The notes beneath the pieces are model-generated. The model had not been told where the DNA came from, did not search any database, and worked only from the letters and a program-made list of their open reading frames with translations. A DNA stretch of 63,201 bases, the filler included, from Mycoplasmatota bacterium (GTDB taxonomy: Bacteria > Bacillota_I > Bacilli_A > RF39 > UBA660), in NCBI GenBank assembly GCA_012727915.1. It is 5 parts of 5 records of this genome, joined end to end, with 100 filler letters (N's around TTAATTAATTAA, not from the genome) between each part and the next. Parts side by side here need not be neighbours in the genome. Positions count along the whole stretch, not along the records: positions 44,145 to 54,913 come from JAAYGD010000042.1; positions 55,014 to 61,112 come from JAAYGD010000045.1; 3 more parts are not named here. One strand, 5' to 3'. Positions 48,744-58,828 of this stretch are shown here, piece after piece. The stretch's first letter is position 1. Every line of letters starts with the position of its first letter. The translations under genes were made by a program, and so were the position numbers.

Positions 48744-49601
48744 ATGAAAAAAATTATTAGTTTGTTATTGATTACATTTTTAATGTCTGGATGTGGCAAT
48801 ACAAATCCTATAAACAATGAAAAAGAGAATGTAAATAATGATGAAAAGTTTGAAAAATTAATTATTAAAACTGAAATTACAAATAAAGAAGCAAAACAAA
48901 GTTCTTATTTAGTATTTCTATCACCAATTGGTTTAAGGAAAGAAGAACCAGGAGAAGCAAATCAAAGTGGATATTATGGGCCATTTGAAACAAATGAAAA
49001 TGGGGAAGTAGAAATTGAAATGTCTTATAATAGAGATTTGCAATATTATTTAGAAAGTAATGATAATAAGAAACCCGGGTATTTAGAAGTATTTGTTACT
49101 ACTAAAGAAGATAAATATATAAGAAATCCTTTAAATAAAAAAACTGAGATTAAGTTTATAAAAAATGATACTGATGAACCATATCCAGAGATTCCTTATT
49201 ATTCTTCAATTGAAAATATAACGATTCCATTTACTGATAAATATCCAGATGGAGTGTTATCACTTACATTTCAAGATGCTGATTTTGTAATTAAATTTGA
49301 ATTTGAGGAAGGATTTAAACCAACAAATTCTTATGAGACATTTATATTTTGGAATGATCCTTCTATGCCTAGTGGTATTGGAATAGTAAATGTTGGAAGA
49401 ATAAATAGAGAGTTCCAATATTGGGATACACCATTTTATAAAAAGGATAATCTAGCTAGTAAGACTGGAACAATAATAGTAAAAGATTTTAATACAAATA
49501 AAAATATAGAATATGTTGGATATCCAAAAATTGTATCTTTTGATAAAGATGGTAATTGTAATCAAGGTGATATAGTTAAGATTACTATTCCTAAACAATA
49601 A
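48744..49601 (+). CDS. Hypothetical lipoprotein
   Basis: MKKIISLLLITFLMSG|C lipobox; AGGAGG RBS. Confidence 0.75.
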   Translation: MKKIISLLLITFLMSGCGNTNPINNEKENVNNDEKFEKLIIKTEITNKEAKQSSYLVFLSPIGLRKEEPGEANQSGYYGPFETNENGEVEIEMSYNRDLQYYLESNDNKKPGYLEVFVTTKEDKYIRNPLNKKTEIKFIKNDTDEPYPEIPYYSSIENITIPFTDKYPDGVLSLTFQDADFVIKFEFEEGFKPTNSYETFIFWNDPSMPSGIGIVNVGRINREFQYWDTPFYKKDNLASKTGTIIVKDFNTNKNIEYVGYPKIVSFDKDGNCNQGDIVKITIPKQ

Positions 49602-49614
49602 AAAACAAAAATAT

Positions 49615-51222
49615 TTATTTTTGTTTTTTTATTGAAGCTTCAATAAATGAATCAAATAATGGATGAGGTTTATATGGTCTTGATCTAAATTCTGGATGGA
49701 ATTGACATGCGATAAAGAATTTATGATTTTTTAATTCTATCATTTCTATTAAATCTGATTTTTCATTTATACCAGAAAATATCATTCCTTTTTGTTCTAA
49801 TAATTCTTTATACTTATTATTGAATTCATATCTATGTCTATGTCTTTCTAATATTTTATTTTTATTATATACATTGTAAGCTAAAGTATCTTTTTTTATT
49901 GTACATTCGTAATTACCTAATCTTAAGGTTCCACCTTTATTTATTATAGATTTTTGATCAGCCATTAAATCAATAATTGGATTTAATGTATTTTCATTAA
50001 ATTCAGTTGAATTAGCGTCTTTTATATCACAAACATTTCTTGCAAATTCAATTATTGCAAGTTGTAATCCTAAACATAAACCTAAGAAGGGTATATTATT
50101 TTCTCTAGCATAAGTAATAGCTTTTATTTTTCCTTCTATTCCTCTTATACCAAAACCTCCAGGAACAATAATTCCTTTAGATGTTTTAAATATTTTTTTT
50201 AAATCAATATTATTCTTTTCTAATAGTTCAGAATCTACCCAATTAACTTTTATTTTTTTATTATAATTATAACCAGCATGTGTTAATGCTTCATTAACTG
50301 ATAAATAAGCATCATGTAATTCAACATATTTTCCTACAAGCGCAATTTCTATTTCATCTTTTAAATTATCTACAGTTTTAATTAACTTCTTCCAATATTC
50401 TATCTTAGCTTTTCTAATAGGTAATTCAAATTGTTTTAAAATAGTTTCATCAATTTTTTGATTATAATAATCTATTGGAATTTGATATATATTTTTTACA
50501 TCTAATGAATCAATTATATTTTCTTTAGGTATTGAACAAAATAAAGATAATTTAGTTTTTATTTGATCTCCAGTATCAAAAGGAGCTCTACATACTAATG
50601 CATCTGGTGTTATTCCTAAATTTCTTAAATCTTTTACACTGTTTTGTGTTGGTTTAGTTTTTAATTCCCATGATCCATAAAGATATGGTATTAAAGTGCA
50701 GTGTAAAAAGAAAGTATTACTTTTACCTAATTCATATTGAATTTGTCTAATTGACTCAATAAAGGGTTGAGATTCTATATCTCCTACAGTTCCTCCAATT
50801 TCAGTTATTACAATATCAGCTTTACTGGATAAACCTGCTTCAAATATTTTATTTTTTATTTCATTAGTAACATGAGGTACCATCTGTACAGTTGAACCCA
50901 AATAATCTCCATGTCTTTCTTTTTCAATTACTTGAGAATATATTTTTCCACTAGTAATATTAGAGCTATAATTTAATTCTTCATCTATGAATCTTTCATA
51001 ATGTCCTAAGTCTAAATCGGTTTCACAACCATCATATGTTACAAAAACCTCTCCATGTTGCATAGGATTCATAGTGCCTGGATCCACATTAAAATAAGGA
51101 TCAAACTTTTGCATAAAGACTTTATATCCTCTGGATTTTAATAATAAAGCAATAGAAGATGCAGTTATTCCTTTTCCTAATCCCGAAACAACTCCACCAG
51201 TTACAAAAACATATTTAGTCAT
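49615..51222 (-). CDS. pyrG: CTP synthase
   Basis: FVTGGVVSGLGKG, DLDLGHYERF, GLCLG, RHRHRYE, QFHPE. Confidence 0.99.
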   Translation of the reverse strand: MTKYVFVTGGVVSGLGKGITASSIALLLKSRGYKVFMQKFDPYFNVDPGTMNPMQHGEVFVTYDGCETDLDLGHYERFIDEELNYSSNITSGKIYSQVIEKERHGDYLGSTVQMVPHVTNEIKNKIFEAGLSSKADIVITEIGGTVGDIESQPFIESIRQIQYELGKSNTFFLHCTLIPYLYGSWELKTKPTQNSVKDLRNLGITPDALVCRAPFDTGDQIKTKLSLFCSIPKENIIDSLDVKNIYQIPIDYYNQKIDETILKQFELPIRKAKIEYWKKLIKTVDNLKDEIEIALVGKYVELHDAYLSVNEALTHAGYNYNKKIKVNWVDSELLEKNNIDLKKIFKTSKGIIVPGGFGIRGIEGKIKAITYARENNIPFLGLCLGLQLAIIEFARNVCDIKDANSTEFNENTLNPIIDLMADQKSIINKGGTLRLGNYECTIKKDTLAYNVYNKNKILERHRHRYEFNNKYKELLEQKGMIFSGINEKSDLIEMIELKNHKFFIACQFHPEFRSRPYKPHPLFDSFIEASIKKQK

Positions 51223-51280
51223 AAAAAAATCACCTCTAAATGAATTTCGAGAGTGATTAGGCTCTTAATAATTATAACAC
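51223..51280 (-). promoter_or_regulatory. pyrG promoter and leader hairpin/attenuator
   Basis: Minus strand TGTTATAAT extended -10, then AATCACTCTC..AGAGGTGATT hairpin and T-tract right before the ATG. Confidence 0.55.
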
Positions 51281-51362
51281 TAAATTTTAAATTGTTAACA
51301 ACTTTTATATCTTTTATTGACAACTGATATAATAGTTCTATAATTAAATTAGGAGGAAACTA

Positions 51363-52082
51363 GTGAAAAATTTAATGAAAATAGTTCTAACATTATTAGT
51401 ATGCATAATACTTGTTGGATGTGGCAATACAGAAAAAGAAGAAACAAATAATAACACAAATAATATTAATGATGAAACAAAAGTAACTACTATTGCAGAA
51501 TCTTATGCAAAATATTCGGAATTAAAAAGTCAAATGTTTGAAAAACTATCTGATTCAATTCCAGATAATAACTCTATGTTACCATTAACATTATTAGGAT
51601 TTGCATCTATGGACTTTATAATGGTGCCTATTACTATGTGTGGAGTTAAAGAAAGTGAAGCTGCAATATTTTATTCTATGTATAATGATTTAAAATATAC
51701 AAGTAATGATAATGAATGCACTATTACCTATTCTGTTGAAGGCAAAACAAATAAATTTATATCTTTATATGATAGAAATACAGATTCAGTTCAAACAAAG
51801 TTTTATGAAGATAATAAATTAATTATGATTAGTGAGTACATAAAATTAGATGATGGTTATGGTTCTCAACAATATATGTTAGATGATGATTTTGGATATT
51901 CAACTTCTTTTCGTTCAATTTTTAGAAATGAGTATATTGCAGTTGGTTTTTTTGAAAATGTTACATCAGAACCAACATCTCTGTTTAAAAATAAAAATTT
52001 GGTTAATACGGAGTGGACAAAAGGTGGTTCTAACTGGTCAGAATATGATAATGGAGAGTTCCAAACAATTCCAAATGAATAG
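51363..52082 (+). CDS. Hypothetical lipoprotein
   Basis: GTG start with AGGAGG RBS; lipobox LVG|C; Asn/Thr linker. Confidence 0.75.
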   Translation: MKNLMKIVLTLLVCIILVGCGNTEKEETNNNTNNINDETKVTTIAESYAKYSELKSQMFEKLSDSIPDNNSMLPLTLLGFASMDFIMVPITMCGVKESEAAIFYSMYNDLKYTSNDNECTITYSVEGKTNKFISLYDRNTDSVQTKFYEDNKLIMISEYIKLDDGYGSQQYMLDDDFGYSTSFRSIFRNEYIAVGFFENVTSEPTSLFKNKNLVNTEWTKGGSNWSEYDNGEFQTIPNE

Positions 52083-52108
52083 AAACAATTTGTTTCTATT
52101 TTTTTTTT
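52077..52108 (+). terminator. Intrinsic terminator
   Basis: AATAGAAACA-ATT-TGTTTCTATT plus long T-tract. Confidence 0.7.
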
Positions 52109-52158
52109 AGATATGATATAATATTTAATAATAAGTGAGATATATAGAAAGGTGTATT

Positions 52159-52293
52159 ATGGAAGAAGAAATAATAAAAGAAAAATCAATATTGTCAATG
52201 TCGAAAGAAGAATTAGAAAAAGCGTTTTCTCAATTATCTTTAGAAGAAATTGAGGGACTAATGAAAGCAATTTCCGAGGTGGAAAATGAATGA
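52159..52293 (+). CDS. 44-aa acidic helical microprotein (missing from ORF track)
   Basis: MEEEIIKEKSILSMSKEELEKAFSQLSLEEIEGLMKAISEVENE; RBS AGAAAGGTG; stop overlaps the next start (ATGAATGA). Confidence 0.65.
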   Translation: MEEEIIKEKSILSMSKEELEKAFSQLSLEEIEGLMKAISEVENE

Positions 52294-54259
52294 TATCCAA
52301 CAATATAAAGAAGAATTTGTAAAAAATGTTGCGGATGAATTAAGTGAAATCGAAGAAGGACTTAAAGTTTTACATTCAAAAAGAATTTTTCTAATTGATA
52401 CTCACGCTAAAAACTTTTATAATACTAAAGATATAGATAGAGTTGAGTTCCAAATGAATATTTTACGCGCAAGAAAAACTGTAATTGAAGGGCTTGTTGA
52501 TTATTATTCATATTTTAGAATAAAAAATATGACAGATTTGGAAATAGAAGAATATAGAATTGCAAAAGTTAACGAGTATAATCTAAAAATTGAAGAACAA
52601 AATAGAGAAAAAGAAAAAGCAGAAAAAGAACATATTGAATTAAAAGATGAATTAGATATTTTGGGTAAAAATTATATTTCTATGAATCCAGAGGAAAAAG
52701 AAACAGCATTAAAACGAAGCACTGAAATTCGTTCTAAACTTATTAAATATGAATCTAAAAGTGAATATGGGACATTTATTGTTTTTGAAAAAACTATTAA
52801 GAAATTAATTGAAGATAAACAAGAACTTAGTAATAAAAGCAATCAGGAGTTAAAAGATACCAAATTATCAGAAATAGAAAAAAGAAATACTATTGAATCA
52901 ATTTTAAGTAATATGGAAAAATATGGTATTAGTCCACTATACAAATTATTTGGAGCACTAGCAAATGATCCCGAAAAAGTTGAAAAAGTTATTGATTTAT
53001 TAGAAAATAATAGTGATTTGTTTAATATTTTCAATGACGATTCAGTTAAATTTAAAATAGATGAAAACATTCCTTATGGTATAAGAAACAAATTTAGATT
53101 TTATAATTATTTGAATAATGATGGTGTTGCAAAAATTAATAATGTTGAATCATTTAAAACAGTATTAGCAAAAGCAAAAACTGAATTTAATGAAAATAAA
53201 GAAAAACTTTCAAACGAATTAACTAGAGAAAAACTATATAAACTTGCTGAAAATTATAGAAATCAAGATGGTATAGATTACGAATTTTTAAAACTACATG
53301 AAGATAAATTTGATAAAGATTTATTAAATGAATATATGTATAACGATGAACAAAGAAAAAATAATTTAAAAGGAATCAAAAGATTTTTTAGAGGAAATAT
53401 TGAAGAAGCAGAAGTTTATGAGAACAAAGCTAACAAACAAAAAGAAATGATTTATAGTAGTATTACTTCATGGTACTTAAATCAATTCCCAAATGTTATT
53501 TCAAAGGGTATTAATCATTGGATTTTTGAAACTGAAACTTCAATAAATAAATTTTTAAATGAATTCCCAGAAAATGTTTTAGTCAGTGAGAATGCATTGA
53601 ATGGTTTATCAGAACAAGTTGATAAAGAAATAGAAAAAAACACATTAAGAAAAAAAGTAATAGAAGATAAAATCAATGCTTTAAGAGTAAATATTTATGA
53701 ATTAGCAGGTCAAGAATTAAAAGAACCTTTAGCAACTATTACCTACAGAAGACCTCAAAATGTTTATGAAACAATGGTTTCAGCTTATACTGAAGTTTTC
53801 TTAAGTAATTATATTAAAAAATTAGAAGAAGAAGCAAAAGAAAGCGCAAATAAATGGAAAGAGGAAGCTGGTAATAAAGATAAATTGGATTCTTCTGATC
53901 AAAGGGTAACCTATACAGAAACAGATCCGAATACAGGCGAAAAAAAATCTGGTGAGTTTGTGCTTAATATGGAACCAGTATTGTTAAATGATAAAGAAGC
54001 AGAAACTTTTTCCCCAATACCACTAGATGAAACTGCTAAAAAGATTTTAGAACCAATTGCTTTAGCTGAAACAGCTAAACAGAGTGAAGTTGATGATGGT
54101 ACAAAAGTTTATACTCCTACACATAGATCAAGTTTTTTAGAAGAAATTAAAGATATGTCTCCAGATCAAATTAGAGAGTATTTAAGTGAAGTGGTTAACG
54201 ATATGCCTAATGGTGAAATAAATATTGGTGAAGAACCTCCACAAGGGCCTCATAGATAG
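52286..54259 (+). CDS. Hypothetical 657-aa soluble coiled-coil protein
   Basis: E/K-rich helical sequence, no signal peptide or TM, GAGGTGG RBS, terminator follows. Confidence 0.7.
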   Translation: MNDIQQYKEEFVKNVADELSEIEEGLKVLHSKRIFLIDTHAKNFYNTKDIDRVEFQMNILRARKTVIEGLVDYYSYFRIKNMTDLEIEEYRIAKVNEYNLKIEEQNREKEKAEKEHIELKDELDILGKNYISMNPEEKETALKRSTEIRSKLIKYESKSEYGTFIVFEKTIKKLIEDKQELSNKSNQELKDTKLSEIEKRNTIESILSNMEKYGISPLYKLFGALANDPEKVEKVIDLLENNSDLFNIFNDDSVKFKIDENIPYGIRNKFRFYNYLNNDGVAKINNVESFKTVLAKAKTEFNENKEKLSNELTREKLYKLAENYRNQDGIDYEFLKLHEDKFDKDLLNEYMYNDEQRKNNLKGIKRFFRGNIEEAEVYENKANKQKEMIYSSITSWYLNQFPNVISKGINHWIFETETSINKFLNEFPENVLVSENALNGLSEQVDKEIEKNTLRKKVIEDKINALRVNIYELAGQELKEPLATITYRRPQNVYETMVSAYTEVFLSNYIKKLEEEAKESANKWKEEAGNKDKLDSSDQRVTYTETDPNTGEKKSGEFVLNMEPVLLNDKEAETFSPIPLDETAKKILEPIALAETAKQSEVDDGTKVYTPTHRSSFLEEIKDMSPDQIREYLSEVVNDMPNGEINIGEEPPQGPHR

Positions 54260-54260
54260 T

Positions 54261-54287
54261 AAAAGATGAATAAATTCATCTTTTTTT
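54261..54287 (+). terminator. Intrinsic terminator
   Basis: AAAAGATGAA-TAAA-TTCATCTTTTTTT. Confidence 0.8.
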
Positions 54288-54382
54288 GTGTAAAATAATA
54301 ATAAAAAAAGCACTAATAAAATTAATTGGTTGATTTTGTTTTTTAGTTGTGTTAATATTTATAATAGAAGGAGTAAAAGTAA

Positions 54383-54913
54383 ATGAAAAGAATATTAAAA
54401 GCAGCTTTATTAGTAGTTGCAGTAATGGTTTTATCAGGGTGTGTAAAATATAGAATTGACATGAATATAGGAAAAGATAAATCAGTAGATTTGGGAATAA
54501 TTTATATGATGGATACTAGTTTTGCCGATTCAATGAACCCAGAAGAAACCCCAGAAGAAACAACGGAAGAAACTGAAGAAGTACCAGTAGAGGTTCCTGT
54601 TGAAGAAGAAACAACTATGGCGATGGATGCTATAGATCCGGAAAATTTCAAATTTTTAGAAGAAAAAGGATTTAAGGTTGAACCTTATACAGAAAAGATT
54701 GAAGAAAAAAATTATGAAGGAGTTAAAATATCTAAAACTTATCCTAACATAGATGATATTACTTCTGAAAATCCAATAATATTTGATTTTACAAAAATGA
54801 TGCATGGACAACAAAACGTGAAAGATAATCAATTGTTTACAAAAGATGGTGAAAAATATGTTGCTAATTTTGTATTTGATATGTCTGAAACAGCAGGAGA
54901 AACACAAGAACAT
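54383..54913 (+). CDS. LppM-like lipoprotein, 3' end cut by contig break
   Basis: Lipobox LSG|CVKYRIDMNIGKDKS; acidic linker. Confidence 0.65.
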
Positions 54914-55013
54914 NNNNNNNNNNNNNNNNNNNNNNNNNNNNNNNNNNNNNNNNNNNNTTAATTAATTAANNNNNNNNNNNNNNNNNNNNNNNNNNNNNNN
55001 NNNNNNNNNNNNN
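54914..55013. other. Artificial contig linker
   Basis: N44-TTAATTAATTAA-N44. Confidence 0.99.
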
Positions 55014-55045
55014 GGTTGCAGGTTCAAATCCTGTTTTCCCGACCA
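55014..55045 (+). tRNA. 3' part of a tRNA, probably tRNA-Pro (gene end or att-site copy)
   Basis: GGTTGCAGGTTCAAATCCTGTTTTCCCGACCA: T-arm GCAGG-TTCAAAT-CCTGT, acceptor strand TTTCCCG-A-CCA as in Bacilli tRNA-Pro; anticodon not visible. Confidence 0.8.
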
Positions 55046-55054
55046 GAGAAGAAC

Positions 55055-55080
55055 AAACCCTTATTTTATAAGGGTTTTTT
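55055..55080 (+). terminator. Terminator-like hairpin after the tRNA
   Basis: AAACCCTTAT-TTT-ATAAGGGTTT plus T-tract. Confidence 0.75.
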
Positions 55081-55096
55081 GATGCCTTAAAAAAAC

Positions 55097-55116
55097 ACCC
55101 CTTAATTACCCCTTAA
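55097..55116. repeat. Direct repeat ACCCCTTAA x2 (putative integrase arm-type sites)
   Basis: Copies at 55097 and 55108, 11-bp period, about 50 bp from the tRNA 3' end. Confidence 0.5.
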
Positions 55117-55302
55117 AAACTTTTGCAATAAACAATAATATAGAGGTATTGAAAAACAAAATAATAAAAAAATGTATCATTGACAGAACAGAATTAATAG
55201 TATAAACTATCGATATATATGATAAGCGTTACTTTTATGAAATAGGGTAAGATTCTGAGGGAAAAGAATTTTCATACATATTTATATAAAGGAGGTGAAG
55301 TT

Positions 55303-55704
55303 ATGAAAACTTTTAAAAAAATGATATTAATTTTAATAGTATCTTTTATGTTCGCGGGATTTGGCGCTAAGGCTTTGGAATGGACAAAATCTTATTTAGA
55401 TATTAGAATTCCTGCATTTAGAGGAATCTGGAAAGATGGAGATTATACAAAAATTAACACTGGTTTCCAATATTTATATGTTTTAGATGCTAAAAATTTA
55501 TCAATGACAGAAAGCAGATCGATAGAAGCAAGGACCAGCCACAAAATAGCTCCTATTGGCGCCACGGCATGGAAAAAAGCAATTATTGAGGGTACGATAA
55601 ACTGGGGTACAAACAATTCAAGCCCAGGACTCTATGAATTACAAATTAGGACTGTAGACAACCATATCACTGCTACAAGGGTTTGGGGTTCATGGTCTTG
55701 GTAA
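55303..55704 (+). CDS. Small secreted beta-rich protein (DUF2712-like)
   Basis: Sec signal peptide ending AKA|; C-terminal VWGSWSW; strong AAGGAGGTG RBS; heads an ABC operon. Confidence 0.6.
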   Translation: MKTFKKMILILIVSFMFAGFGAKALEWTKSYLDIRIPAFRGIWKDGDYTKINTGFQYLYVLDAKNLSMTESRSIEARTSHKIAPIGATAWKKAIIEGTINWGTNNSSPGLYELQIRTVDNHITATRVWGSWSW

Positions 55705-55748
55705 TCTGATTTTAAATTCCCTCTTCTTACCTATAATGGAGATTTGAA

Positions 55749-56654
55749 ATGAAATTAATTAAAAAAAATAAAATTTTAATAATTATAATATTAATTTTTG
55801 GCCTATTTGGTTTTTTTGCTATATTTGAATATGTTAATTGGTGGAATCAGTATGAAGCCACTGTTGAGTATAAAAAAAATGAATGCTTGACTACAAAAGA
55901 TAAAGAGTACTTAAAGTATTGTGAAATGATAAAAACATCTCCTGAACTTAAGCAACAAGATACTGTAAATTTGTATTTTGATCTGTTAGCAACAAATTCT
56001 ATGAGATTTTTTCAAATAGTGTCGCCTTTATTAGTTGCAATAGCCGCGGTATACTCATTTCATAACAAATTGAAAAGCGGTTTTGTTAAAAATATACTGT
56101 CAAGAAAGAGTTATAAATCTTTCATGATCAAGAATATAATAAGATCTTGGAGATACGCAATTATTATACCAATTTTTCTTCTTATTCTTTTTGGATTATC
56201 CTTTTTAATATCTGGACACTTTAATTTTTATGATACACTAAAAAATTGGGATAAAACACCGTATGTTAGTTTAAAACATTTGCAAAACACAGGCTTATTT
56301 ATTTTCGTTTATATATCAAATTTTATTTTACACAGTATATTTTCTATAAATCTATTTTATATTGTAACAAAAAAATCTAAAAATTTTGCGTTAACTATAA
56401 TTGGTTTTTTAATTAGTTATATTGGAATATATATAGTACAAGAAGTGTTTATTGGAATTTATTTGTTAGGTAAATTATTAAAAATAAAACAAGGTACAGC
56501 ATATTTAAATTTTTCTTCAATTTGGAATTATACCTATGTTGATAATTTATTAATAAGTTTAGGAGTTACTTTATTATTAGTCGCTATATCTATATTTGTA
56601 CTTATAGCAACTTATAAAAACAAAGAAGAGGTGCTTTTAAAAAATGAAATATAA
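55749..56654 (+). CDS. ABC-2-type permease-like membrane protein
   Basis: About six TMs, SGFVKNILSR cytoplasmic motif; coupled to the next gene. Confidence 0.7.
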   Translation: MKLIKKNKILIIIILIFGLFGFFAIFEYVNWWNQYEATVEYKKNECLTTKDKEYLKYCEMIKTSPELKQQDTVNLYFDLLATNSMRFFQIVSPLLVAIAAVYSFHNKLKSGFVKNILSRKSYKSFMIKNIIRSWRYAIIIPIFLLILFGLSFLISGHFNFYDTLKNWDKTPYVSLKHLQNTGLFIFVYISNFILHSIFSINLFYIVTKKSKNFALTIIGFLISYIGIYIVQEVFIGIYLLGKLLKIKQGTAYLNFSSIWNYTYVDNLLISLGVTLLLVAISIFVLIATYKNKEEVLLKNEI

Positions 56655-57399
56655 AATTTTAGTTTACATGAATACTATACAATCTTTAATAAAAACTTCT
56701 AAATTTAAAACGATATTTTTAATAATTATATTGTTTAACTTATATGCAGTTATTACCCTTCCCCAAGACCTTTCATATATTGATAATTTAATTTTAATTT
56801 TTACCGATACTTATTATGTTCTTTTTTTAATTCTAACACTATTTTTCAATACTATTTATATTTCAGAGATGTTCGAGAAAAACAGTATGTATATTATGAG
56901 GTTTAAAAATAAGAAAGAGTATTTGAAAAATCTATTATCGATCATAGTGATAGGAAATTTTATATTATTCATAATAAATTGTATAGTTCTTTTAATTCCA
57001 TTAAACTTGCTCGTAGGAATAGATTTTAAAATTTTAAAATTTATGGACTATAATATTACTAATACTATTTATTTTATGTTTTATATTACTAGATTTTTCA
57101 TACTGATGTCAATGTGGATGATAATTAGCATTTTAATAGTTAAAATTGCGAGTTATAAAACATCTTTGTTATTAAACTTGATTTTATGTGCCGCACAAAT
57201 ATTTTCATCATATAATTTATCTATAATAAAAAACATATCAAGCATTAAACTTGGAATTTACGATTATTTTAGAGTATACAACTACGAGTCTTTTAATGTC
57301 GAATTATTATTTTCTGGTATTTATCTTTTTTTTATTTCTCTTTGTGTTTATATTTTATTCCAATTTTCTAAAAACAAAATAAGGAGTATTGAAATATGA
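56644..57399 (+). CDS. Permease-like membrane protein
   Basis: About six TMs; overlaps both neighbours in the operon. Confidence 0.65.
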   Translation: MKYKILVYMNTIQSLIKTSKFKTIFLIIILFNLYAVITLPQDLSYIDNLILIFTDTYYVLFLILTLFFNTIYISEMFEKNSMYIMRFKNKKEYLKNLLSIIVIGNFILFIINCIVLLIPLNLLVGIDFKILKFMDYNITNTIYFMFYITRFFILMSMWMIISILIVKIASYKTSLLLNLILCAAQIFSSYNLSIIKNISSIKLGIYDYFRVYNYESFNVELLFSGIYLFFISLCVYILFQFSKNKIRSIEI

Positions 57400-58079
57400 A
57401 TAAATTAATAATAAAGAAAGATTTTAATGATGTTTTATCAAATAAGAAAACAATACTTTCTATTATTTTTGTTTTGATTATGGTTGTTTATATAAATTCT
57501 TTATATATGTTAGACAAAAAAGCGTTTTATGTAAGCGTTATGGGGATTAATAACAGCATCAGAAATTTTGAGTGGCTTGATTTATTAGTATTTCTATTTT
57601 ATGTATTCATATATACTTATTTGTCATTATTCTTATTCACAAAAGATTTAAAAAATAGTTTGTCTAATATATTCTTAAGAATACATCCGAAAAATTATAT
57701 ACTATATAAGATGTTTAGTATATTTTTCATTACTTTGCTTGCATTAATACTCCAAAATATTTTTATTATTATTTTGGAGTATGTCTTTACAAAAGGATTA
57801 TATTTGAATTTTGATTATTTTTTTAAAAATTTATTGTTTATATATTTATTTCAAAGTACTTTTATATTCATATACATAATTTCGTCAAGGTATAAAATGC
57901 TTACTATGTTTTGGGTTTTGATGCTGTTGATAGCAGCGTTCATGTTTGATACTATAGTTATAAATTATAATTTAGTATATTTGATATTGCTTATAGTGTT
58001 TATTAATACTATAATATTAATAGGTTTTTCTAAATTGTTTAAAGATGTTTTTGAAAAAAAGAAGGAGATGATATTATGA
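57396..58079 (+). CDS. Permease-like membrane protein
   Basis: About six TMs, NIFLR motif; ATGA overlap with the ATPase gene. Confidence 0.65.
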   Translation: MNKLIIKKDFNDVLSNKKTILSIIFVLIMVVYINSLYMLDKKAFYVSVMGINNSIRNFEWLDLLVFLFYVFIYTYLSLFLFTKDLKNSLSNIFLRIHPKNYILYKMFSIFFITLLALILQNIFIIILEYVFTKGLYLNFDYFFKNLLFIYLFQSTFIFIYIISSRYKMLTMFWVLMLLIAAFMFDTIVINYNLVYLILLIVFINTIILIGFSKLFKDVFEKKKEMIL

Positions 58080-58717
58080 ATTTAGAAATAAAAAATCTTT
58101 CTAAAAAATTTAAAAATACATTCGTATTGGAAAACATAAATATGAATTTCGAAAGTGGCAAAATATATGGACTAGTCGGGAGAAATGGTTCGGGTAAAAG
58201 CGTTTTGTTAAAAATAATTTGTTCTTTTTACAATCCAAGCAGTGGAGAAGTATTGTTTGATAAAGTAAACATAAATTTGATGAATGGATTTCCGCCCGAT
58301 ACTAGAGCCTTAATTGAAAAACCAAACTTTATCTCTGATATGACCGGATATGAAAACCTAGAGTTGTTGGCGTCAATTCAGAAAAAAATTGGAAGTATAG
58401 AAATACTGGATGCATTAAAAAAAGTGAATTTACATGAAGAAAAAGACAAGAAATTTAGAGAGTATTCTCTAGGAATGAAACAAAAACTAGGAATAGCTCA
58501 AGTTATTATGGAAGATCCTAAACTGATGATTCTAGATGAACCTTTTAATGGGATTGAAGAAGAAACCGCAAAAGAATTAAGATCTATATTAAAGGAAGAG
58601 GCTAGAAAAGGCAAATTAATTATATTGGCTTCACACATAAAGGAAGATATTCAAGAACTTTGTGATGAAATTTATAGATTAGAATTAGGCAAAATAATAG
58701 AACATAATATAAAATAA
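58076..58717 (+). CDS. ABC transporter ATP-binding protein (BcrA/LanF-like signature)
   Basis: GRNGSGKS, YSLGMKQKLGIAQ, LDEPFNG, SH switch. Confidence 0.93.
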   Translation: MNLEIKNLSKKFKNTFVLENINMNFESGKIYGLVGRNGSGKSVLLKIICSFYNPSSGEVLFDKVNINLMNGFPPDTRALIEKPNFISDMTGYENLELLASIQKKIGSIEILDALKKVNLHEEKDKKFREYSLGMKQKLGIAQVIMEDPKLMILDEPFNGIEEETAKELRSILKEEARKGKLIILASHIKEDIQELCDEIYRLELGKIIEHNIK

Positions 58718-58828
58718 TAAAATCACACTCTTTATTCTAAATATTAAATTACTTCATTCTTTTTGTAAAGTTTGAATGAATAAATATGATAAAAATAGAT
58801 TAGATATTTATGAAAAGGAGATTAAAAT

